A stretch of DNA of 35,411 nt from assembly GCA_021323155.1 (NCBI GenBank), contig JAJTCI010000002.1:1-35411 (forward strand), in the 5' to 3' direction. The stretch's first letter is position 1; every line of letters begins with the position of its first letter. The translations under genes and the position numbers were made by a program. The notes under the pieces are model-generated. The model was not told the DNA's origin. It searched no databases and worked only from the letters and a program-made list of their open reading frames with translations. Positions 24,840 to 31,970 of this stretch are shown piece by piece. The stretch is from Chitinophagaceae bacterium. Its GTDB lineage: Bacteria; Bacteroidota; Bacteroidia; Chitinophagales; Chitinophagaceae.

Positions 24840-27788
24840 TTAAAAGTCAAGGTTTGCTCCAACGGCATACATTCTCGGACGGGGGTAGATCGAACCATCT
24901 ATACCACCGCTCTGTTCCGGATCCAGCCCGCTGTACTTTGTAATTACAAATACATTCTGCACATTAAAGTTCAACCGAAGGTTCGCAGTCTTGTGCACTT
25001 TCCCTACGTTGTAATTCAGGAATAAGTTATCCATGCGCAGGAAAGACGCGTTCTCCAGGTAGTAATCGCTCCAGATCTGCTTGTCGTTGAAATTGGTCAC
25101 CAACACATCAGAGCTTGCGTTGTTCAAATAGTTCTGGCCGGTGAAAACGTTCTTATAATACGCTGATCCGCCTTTGACGTTATTATACATATAGTTGTCA
25201 AGGTTCGCTCTCATTGAAAAACCAGCATTGAATTTTCCAAATCCCGCATTGGCAGAGAAGCCCATATAGACTTTGGGTTCGGGGTTCCTTACCCAGAATT
25301 TATCGAGTTCATCGATCTTGCCATCCCTGTTCCTGTCTTCATACAAGCCTTCGATTGCATTATCGTTTTCGTCGTACACCTGCTTATACAGGAAGAATGT
25401 AGACGGGGAATAGCCTACCGAATGTTTCTGGATCGTGCCGTTTATACCGATAGATCCTACATCGGCGCCCAGATATTTCGGATCATTTACCAGTTGAAGT
25501 TTGGTGATCTCATTCTGGATGAGATAAGTAAGGTTGTACCCAAGATCAAGCGTGAACGTCTTCTTATTGATCACGTTGCCTGTTACACCAAACTCCAGGC
25601 CCTGGCTCTTTGTAGAACCAACGTTGGTGGTGATAAGGTTGCTGAAGTTGGTACCTGCAGGAGCCGGCACTTCCGCCAGCAGGTCGGTTGTATTCCTGTT
25701 GTAATAATCCAGGCTGAAGTTGAAACGGTTGCTCATAATGCCCACGTCAAGGCCGATGTTCCTTGACTCAGTTTCTTCCCATTTCAGGTTCTCATCGTAA
25801 GCCTGTGGGCGAACCACGGTAACGTAAGTGCCTCCGAAAGGATATTGCGCTGCAGCATTCCCGTAGAAAAAGTTAGGCTGGTAGCCATAATCAGAGATCC
25901 CTTCCTGCTGCCCGGTAATGCCCCACCCGAGCCTGAGCTTCATTGATGAAAATACCCTGTTGTCCTTCAGGAATTTTTCTTCTTTCAGGTTCCAGGCAAA
26001 CGCGGCCGAAGGGAAATTACCCCAACGGTTGTCTTCGCTGAACCTTGAGGAGCCGTCCCTTCTCATGGTGAAGGTCAGGAGGTACTTATTCATCAGGGAG
26101 TAATTCAACCTACCATAAAAAGAAACCAGCGTGTGCTGACCAAAACCAGGAACACCGGCCTGGCCCACTGTGTCGGTTTTGTTAGCGGCGAGGTCAGGAA
26201 ATGAAGGTGACTCTGATTTCCAGTCCTGCCATGAATATCCTGCTACCGCATCGATCCGGCTGCGGATCGAAGTGATATCCTTTGCATAATTGAAATAAGA
26301 TTCGAACAACTGGTTGGTCCGTGTTTGCTCATATTCGTTGAACCTGCCCCCAGTTCCATGTGTGAAATCTGAGGCGGCCGTAGCCGGTACGAAAACCGTG
26401 CCCTGACCGTGGCTCCTGTCCAATCCGAGGTTGAGGTTCGCATGCAGGTCGGGAAGGAAATGAAATTTATAATCCAGCTGCACGTTACCGATGAAACGAT
26501 CTGCTTCGCCTTCGTCTTCACGCTGGTTCAATAGCCCAACCGGATTTTTAGGCGCAAGTCCATTCAGCGTTGTAGTACCGCTGAGCCACTCATAATATCC
26601 GCCATATTGTGTTTTACCAGACATTACCGGTTGTGTTGGATCAAAAGCTACCGCCGCACCGATCGCTCCCTGGTTGGCGAAAAGGTTCTTAGTGTACGCG
26701 TACTTTGCGTTAGCATTTACGCTGAGATGATTGCCGAGCAGCTTCGGTGATAAATTCAATCCAACAGAAGTACGCTGCATATTACTGCGCTTCAATACTC
26801 CATCCTGGTTGAGATATCCCAGTGAGAGGCGGTAAGGCAATTTACCAACCCCACCGCTTAACGATATATTATTATCGCTGCTAAAAGCGGTGCGATATAT
26901 TTCATCCTGCCAATCGGTGCTGCCTGTCCCCAGCATCGCCTTGTCAGATGCGGTTCCGCGTGTATTCACCAAGGTCCTGAATTCTGCGGCGCTCATTACA
27001 TCCAGCTTATCTGTAATGGTAGAAACCGAGTTCAGCGTGCTGAAACCGATCTTCAATTTGCCGCTTGCTCCTTTCTTCGTTGTAATGATCACAACACCGT
27101 TAGCGGCGCGATTACCATAGATCGCAGCGGCGGAAGCATCTTTTAATATGGTGATGCTTTCAATATCATTCGGATTGATCAGGGCAAGTGGATTAGAAGC
27201 ACCCGAGATTCCTCCATTATTCAGTGGGACTCCGTCGACTACGATCAATGGATCATTGCTTGCATTTAGCGAGGTACCGCCACGGATCCTGATGCGACTG
27301 CCCGAACCCGGCATACCGTTATTCGGCGTGATCTGCACCCCGGGCGCTTTACCCGCGATCAGTTGCTCGGGCGTTGTGATCGGACCTTTTACAAAGTCTT
27401 TGGATGTTACTGTTGCTACAGAGCCGGTAAGGTCTCTCTTCCGCGCGGTACCATAACCAACCACCACTACTTCATTCAACGCGGGGTCTGTACTTTGTAC
27501 AATCGATACGTTCAGGTTGCCGGACCCAATGGCCACTTCCTGCGACGTATACCCAATAGATGAGATTACAAGTGTGGTCGCGGCCGATGGAACGGAAAGA
27601 CGGAACGTGCCGTCAGTCTGCGTTTGCGTAGCGACCTTGGTTCCTTTAACCATGACTGTCACGCCCGGTACGGGTGTGCCATCTTTGGAGTCGGTTACTT
27701 TTCCCGTAACCATTTTGTCCTGTGCATTGGCTAATGCAAAGCCTGCTAATGACAGGATGCAAGTCATCAGCAATCGTTTAAGGTTCAT
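24840..27788 (-). CDS. SusC/RagA family TonB-dependent outer membrane transporter
   Basis: 982 aa. A signal peptide is followed directly by a carboxypeptidase-regulatory-like domain (GKVTDSKDGTPVPGVTVMVKGT), then the plug (NEVVVVGYGT, ILKDASAAAIYGNRAANGVVIITTK). The C-terminal residue is Phe. There is no N-terminal STN signalling extension. Confidence 0.9.
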   Translation of the reverse strand: MNLKRLLMTCILSLAGFALANAQDKMVTGKVTDSKDGTPVPGVTVMVKGTKVATQTQTDGTFRLSVPSAATTLVISSIGYTSQEVAIGSGNLNVSIVQSTDPALNEVVVVGYGTARKRDLTGSVATVTSKDFVKGPITTPEQLIAGKAPGVQITPNNGMPGSGSRIRIRGGTSLNASNDPLIVVDGVPLNNGGISGASNPLALINPNDIESITILKDASAAAIYGNRAANGVVIITTKKGASGKLKIGFSTLNSVSTITDKLDVMSAAEFRTLVNTRGTASDKAMLGTGSTDWQDEIYRTAFSSDNNISLSGGVGKLPYRLSLGYLNQDGVLKRSNMQRTSVGLNLSPKLLGNHLSVNANAKYAYTKNLFANQGAIGAAVAFDPTQPVMSGKTQYGGYYEWLSGTTTLNGLAPKNPVGLLNQREDEGEADRFIGNVQLDYKFHFLPDLHANLNLGLDRSHGQGTVFVPATAASDFTHGTGGRFNEYEQTRTNQLFESYFNYAKDITSIRSRIDAVAGYSWQDWKSESPSFPDLAANKTDTVGQAGVPGFGQHTLVSFYGRLNYSLMNKYLLTFTMRRDGSSRFSEDNRWGNFPSAAFAWNLKEEKFLKDNRVFSSMKLRLGWGITGQQEGISDYGYQPNFFYGNAAAQYPFGGTYVTVVRPQAYDENLKWEETESRNIGLDVGIMSNRFNFSLDYYNRNTTDLLAEVPAPAGTNFSNLITTNVGSTKSQGLEFGVTGNVINKKTFTLDLGYNLTYLIQNEITKLQLVNDPKYLGADVGSIGINGTIQKHSVGYSPSTFFLYKQVYDENDNAIEGLYEDRNRDGKIDELDKFWVRNPEPKVYMGFSANAGFGKFNAGFSMRANLDNYMYNNVKGGSAYYKNVFTGQNYLNNASSDVLVTNFNDKQIWSDYYLENASFLRMDNLFLNYNVGKVHKTANLRLNFNVQNVFVITKYSGLDPEQSGGIDGSIYPRPRMYAVGANLDF

Positions 27789-27828
27789 ACATCATTGTTT
27801 AAAATGTTCAATACAAAAGGGTTTATGT

Positions 27829-30800
27829 CTAATTATTGATGAATAATGGATATGTTTTGATGACCCCATCAACTTCCACACGCAGAAAATAGAACCCGGA
27901 GGCCAGCCCGCTAAGATCCATCGTCCAATTCCGCGTATTGGCCATTTGAACCGTACGAAGCACTTTCCCGGCGGCGTCCTGCAAACTGGAACTTACTACA
28001 CGTCCAGGAGCTTCCAGTTTTAGATTTACCTGGTTATTGCGAACAGGGTTCGGATAAATGGTGACAGCGCGGCCCACACTGGGATCAACCTTGACGACCT
28101 TCGAATAAGTGAACTTACCATCTTTGTCTGTCATCTTCAGGCGATAGAAAATAGACGCTGTCGTGGTTGCTTGTTGGGCTGAAGCATCCTTGAATAGATA
28201 ATGATTTTCTGTGGGCAGATTTCGAGCGTTCACCTGCCCAATAGCCTCGAACAAACTTCCATCGAATGAACGCTGTATCTGAAAGTCCGATGTATTGGAT
28301 TCATTTACTGTGACCCAGTCGAGTTGTACTTTTGCATCAAACCTACGGGCAGAAAACGACAAAAGCGTTAATGGAAGTACCGCGTTCGCGTCCTGGTCCA
28401 GGTAAACATGGTATTCGCCAGGCTGCAGGGTGATACTTTGGCTTCCTCCTGTCGCAGTGAACGTTCCTCCACTGAGGAAATCGTACCAGGTGCCCGCTGA
28501 CTGGAATGTAACAGACCCCGTAACCGGTACCACATCGAAATTCCCTACAACACATATTCTCAGTGAAGGGGAAGTGACCTTTAAGAACTTGAAGCCACTG
28601 GAGAGACTATACTCAATATTGTTTGTTACGAATGTTGGCAGGTAGGGCGCATGTCTTCTCAATGCGAACAAACGCGCATACACATTATACAATGCAACCC
28701 GGTTGCTGTTCGACTGGTAGTTCCAAAGAATTGGTTTCGGGCTCAGCCTGCAGTTGTTGTTGACGGTTACACCGTCTTCACAGGTGTTGATGGATTTATC
28801 ATAGCCTAGTTCACCGAATTGCCAAAGCATTTTCGGGCCTGGTATTAAAGCCCAGAAAGCGGTCGCCATTTCATTTCTCTTTAGTGCCGTATTAAGATTC
28901 TTAACATCGTAAGCGCCGCTGGAGTTTCCGTAATTAAGATTCCGGTACATCAAACGCTCTTCATCATGGCTCTCCTGGTAGGTAATCAGATGAGGGTTGG
29001 CCCAGCCACGGTAAGTATATATCCCCCACTGGAAATTTGAATTGGACACAAAGCCCATCGTCCCTTCATTGAAATTATAATTCAGGTTGCCCCAGAAGAG
29101 CATACCATAATTCGACAGCTCTGTCTCTTCGTTATTATCCGCGAAGTGTTCGAGGATGCAATAAGAGTTAGGGGACACTACCTGCATACTATCATAGATC
29201 CTCTTCCATGTGGTGACGCGTCCCGCATCGTAATTGCCCCAAAGGCCTACGTTGGCACCGGAGTTCGTTTGCGTAAATCCTTTTGACAGATCCCACCGGA
29301 ACCCATCGATCTTATAGTTGACCATCCAATGCCGGATCACCCGGCTGACAAGATATTTCGTAGCCTCCGATTCATGGTTGAAATCATAACCTACATTGAA
29401 TGGATGGGTGGCATCAGGATTATGCCAGGGGTTTGAAACAGATGGTTTATTATTTACCGCGTCCCAATACATTCTCACGGTCGGTGATAAGCCGAATGCA
29501 TGATTCAGCGCCATGTCCATGATCACGGCAATACCATTCTGGTGGCAAACATCGATAAACTGTTTAAGTGCTGTTTCTGTTCCATACATCTTGTCCGGTG
29601 CGAAATAAAAATCGGGGTTATAGCCCCAGCTATTATTCCCTTCAAATTCATTGAATGGCATTACTTCGATAGCGTTTATGCCAAGGCGCTTCAGGTAGGA
29701 AAGCGTGTCCTTCAAAGTCTGCCAGTTTTGTGTTCCCACAAAATCCCGCAGCAGCAGCTCATATATAATTAGGTTACGCTTATCAGGGCGTGTAAAATTC
29801 GGGACAGTCCAGCTATAGCCGGGCTTTGCGGTCTGCAATACACCAACGATATTGGATTGGCCGGCGGGATATGGTTTCAACGAAGGATAATTGGCTGTAG
29901 GTATATACTGGTCATTCCACGGATCCAGTACCTTTTCACTATATATATCCGCCACCCGCAGGTTACCGTCGATTAAATATTGGTATGCGTACTCTGTTCC
30001 GGGAGTAAGGCCGGTCAATGTTATCCAGTAGCGATTACCATCCGGCGTGCGGTTCATCTGGTAGCTGGTGGTTTGTGTCCAGTTATTGAAATCACCAATC
30101 ACCGCAGCCCTTGTTTTATTAGGTGCGAACAATACCAGCGTTGCAGACGTGTTATCCGGGTGATAGTTGATTCCATCTACTGTATTGGCGGGCTGTGCCG
30201 CTACTACAACCGGCGTATTGACAAAAAAGTTAATGGTGTCGTAACTCGTGCCGTTAGTATTTGACACTTCCAGGACCAACTGGTTATTCCCGCTCACGGC
30301 GTTTACAGAAGTGGAGATCGACGTCCCACTCATGACCGAATCTTTCGGATCTCCATTGAATAATACCCGGAGTTTAGCCACCTGGCTGGAGAGGCCATTT
30401 ACAGGGATCGGGTCACCTGCACTTGCAGTCACGGGTTCGGCGACAGGGAAGTATTTAGGCTCTTTAAATGGTTGATCGATCCGGGCATAAAGACCATTAT
30501 CATACACGGGTATATACATATCCGTATTGTCGGCGTTGGCCAGCTTCTTACTTCCGGTTCCATTACGGAATAGGAGAGCAATCTTAAGTATTCGCTCGGT
30601 AGGGTCGGTAACATTGAAAAAGGTTCTAAGATCACTACCGATCGTATACTTCCACTTATTATTTCCGAGGTAACTCGCCTGCGAGATCGCGTTGGTGCTT
30701 CCCCAGGTAAAGGGAACGTGCTTCCAGTCGGACGAAGAAGTGCTGAAAGTGGTAATCACTCCGATATGCACATAAACGTCATTAGTGGGCGTATGATTGA

Positions 30801-30963
30801 ACAACCCCTGGTTGCCCTTGGAGGCATCACCGGTGATTTCAACACCGGCGGAAGTTTCTTTAATAAATGTGGGAGACCAGGTAAGCAATTGTGCGTTAGC
30901 GGATGCCACCAATAGCACCACGGCATGGAATAAGACACAAGCTTTGAGTAGCTTTTTCATCAT
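27829..30963 (-). CDS. GH13 alpha-amylase-family glycoside hydrolase with CBM48-like module and T9SS C-terminal sorting domain
   Basis: 1044 aa with a signal peptide. E-set/CBM48-like segment: LVLFAPNKTRAAVIGDFNNW...YWITL. GH13 conserved regions: VIMDMALNHA, DGFRWDLSKGF, CILEHF and YQESHDE. The last ~85 aa look like a Por/T9SS tail (TIYPNPVRNN...GFYFLRVEVDG). Confidence 0.85.
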   Translation of the reverse strand: MMKKLLKACVLFHAVVLLVASANAQLLTWSPTFIKETSAGVEITGDASKGNQGLFNHTPTNDVYVHIGVITTFSTSSSDWKHVPFTWGSTNAISQASYLGNNKWKYTIGSDLRTFFNVTDPTERILKIALLFRNGTGSKKLANADNTDMYIPVYDNGLYARIDQPFKEPKYFPVAEPVTASAGDPIPVNGLSSQVAKLRVLFNGDPKDSVMSGTSISTSVNAVSGNNQLVLEVSNTNGTSYDTINFFVNTPVVVAAQPANTVDGINYHPDNTSATLVLFAPNKTRAAVIGDFNNWTQTTSYQMNRTPDGNRYWITLTGLTPGTEYAYQYLIDGNLRVADIYSEKVLDPWNDQYIPTANYPSLKPYPAGQSNIVGVLQTAKPGYSWTVPNFTRPDKRNLIIYELLLRDFVGTQNWQTLKDTLSYLKRLGINAIEVMPFNEFEGNNSWGYNPDFYFAPDKMYGTETALKQFIDVCHQNGIAVIMDMALNHAFGLSPTVRMYWDAVNNKPSVSNPWHNPDATHPFNVGYDFNHESEATKYLVSRVIRHWMVNYKIDGFRWDLSKGFTQTNSGANVGLWGNYDAGRVTTWKRIYDSMQVVSPNSYCILEHFADNNEETELSNYGMLFWGNLNYNFNEGTMGFVSNSNFQWGIYTYRGWANPHLITYQESHDEERLMYRNLNYGNSSGAYDVKNLNTALKRNEMATAFWALIPGPKMLWQFGELGYDKSINTCEDGVTVNNNCRLSPKPILWNYQSNSNRVALYNVYARLFALRRHAPYLPTFVTNNIEYSLSSGFKFLKVTSPSLRICVVGNFDVVPVTGSVTFQSAGTWYDFLSGGTFTATGGSQSITLQPGEYHVYLDQDANAVLPLTLLSFSARRFDAKVQLDWVTVNESNTSDFQIQRSFDGSLFEAIGQVNARNLPTENHYLFKDASAQQATTTASIFYRLKMTDKDGKFTYSKVVKVDPSVGRAVTIYPNPVRNNQVNLKLEAPGRVVSSSLQDAAGKVLRTVQMANTRNWTMDLSGLASGFYFLRVEVDGVIKTYPLFINN

Positions 30964-30983
30964 AGCAGCAAGCGATCAGTAAA

Positions 30984-30998
30984 GTGTATATTTTACAC
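30984..30998. promoter_or_regulatory. Candidate operator 1: GTGTA-tattt-TACAC
   Basis: Perfect 5+5+5 palindrome, 21-35 nt upstream of the GH13 ATG (30963, minus strand). Confidence 0.45.
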
Positions 30999-31007
30999 AA
31001 ATCAAAA

Positions 31008-31024
31008 TGTGTAAATGTTACACA
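31008..31024. promoter_or_regulatory. Candidate operator 2: TGTGTAA-atg-TTACACA (contains GTGTA-N5-TACAC)
   Basis: Perfect 7+3+7 palindrome. Its centre is 25 bp from the centre of operator 1. It lies between the end of the Nudix-regulator gene and the start of GH13. Confidence 0.45.
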
Positions 31025-31084
31025 ATATAATAAGTTTTTCAGTTCGCAAAGAAAATGTTAACCAAAACCCCAATTTTAATGAGC

Positions 31085-31840
31085 CTACGCAAAATCAATC
31101 CCCGTCCACTTCCGGCGGCTCTTCTCATATTTTTCAAAATTGAATTTGTACAGTTTGCCCGGCCGGTGCGGTACATCTTGTTCATATTCATCGATATCCA
31201 CCAAAAAGTCCATTGAGAAGAACTTCTTCCGGAAATTCCTGCGGTCAAGCTGGATGCCGAGGATCGCCTCGTACAGGTTTTGTAGTTCACGTAATGAGAA
31301 CTTATCAGGTAAAAGGTTGAACCCGAGCGGGTGCTCCTGTATCCTTTTTTGCAGCCAGGCATAGCAGGCGTCCAGGATCGGTTTATGGTCGAATGCCATG
31401 TCTTTGATCGAATTAACGGAATGCCAGTGCAGTTCGTTTTCGGTGATCTTAAGTTTATGGTGCTGGATATTCAACAACGAACAATAAGCGATAGTGATCA
31501 CCCGGCCGCCTGGATGTCGTGTAGGGTTGCTAAACGCGCGTACCTGCTCGAGGTAAACATCGTTCATGCCCGTCCGCTCTTTCAATACCCGGTAGGCCGC
31601 ATCATCCAGGTCCTCGTTATCCCCTGCAAAATCACCCAGCAGGCTCCACTTGTCCTTATATATCTCGAAGTCACTTTTAATGAGGAGGACCTTCAGTTCA
31701 TTCTCATCAAAACCAAAGATCACGCAGTCAACCGTGATGGGCACCCGGGGGTAGGAATCCACCAGTGACTTATGATCTTTAATTAAACCGGGATGTGTTT
31801 TTCGAAATTCAGGTAAGGTGAGGGCTTTACTCTTTGACAT
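31085..31840 (-). CDS. Nudix-domain plus winged-helix transcriptional regulator (NrtR/AraR-like)
   Basis: The start is the ATG at 31840 (MSKSKALTLPEF...), giving 251 aa. The Nudix fold has a degenerate box: consensus REUXEEXGU reads RVLKERTGM, so two of the three core Glu are lost. The C-terminal segment (FSLRELQNLYEAILGIQLDRRNFRKKF) is typical of the NrtR-type wHTH. Confidence 0.7.
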   Translation of the reverse strand: MSKSKALTLPEFRKTHPGLIKDHKSLVDSYPRVPITVDCVIFGFDENELKVLLIKSDFEIYKDKWSLLGDFAGDNEDLDDAAYRVLKERTGMNDVYLEQVRAFSNPTRHPGGRVITIAYCSLLNIQHHKLKITENELHWHSVNSIKDMAFDHKPILDACYAWLQKRIQEHPLGFNLLPDKFSLRELQNLYEAILGIQLDRRNFRKKFFSMDFLVDIDEYEQDVPHRPGKLYKFNFEKYEKSRRKWTGIDFA

Positions 31841-31901
31841 GGAGTCACATTTTAATCTAAAGCGATCGTTCGGTGGTACAAGATAGATATTTTGCGTAAA
31901 C

Positions 31902-31916
31902 GTGTAAAAAGTACAT
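31902..31916. promoter_or_regulatory. Candidate operator 3 (one mismatch): GTGTA-aaaag-TACAt
   Basis: It lies in the divergent regulator/ligA intergenic region, 62 nt upstream of the regulator ATG. It matches 9 of the 10 specified bases of the motif seen at 30984 and 31009. Confidence 0.3.
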
Positions 31917-31970
31917 AGTTTGATCTTTTCCGTTTTGCTGAACACTTAACTTTATCCGCCCAAAAGCCAT

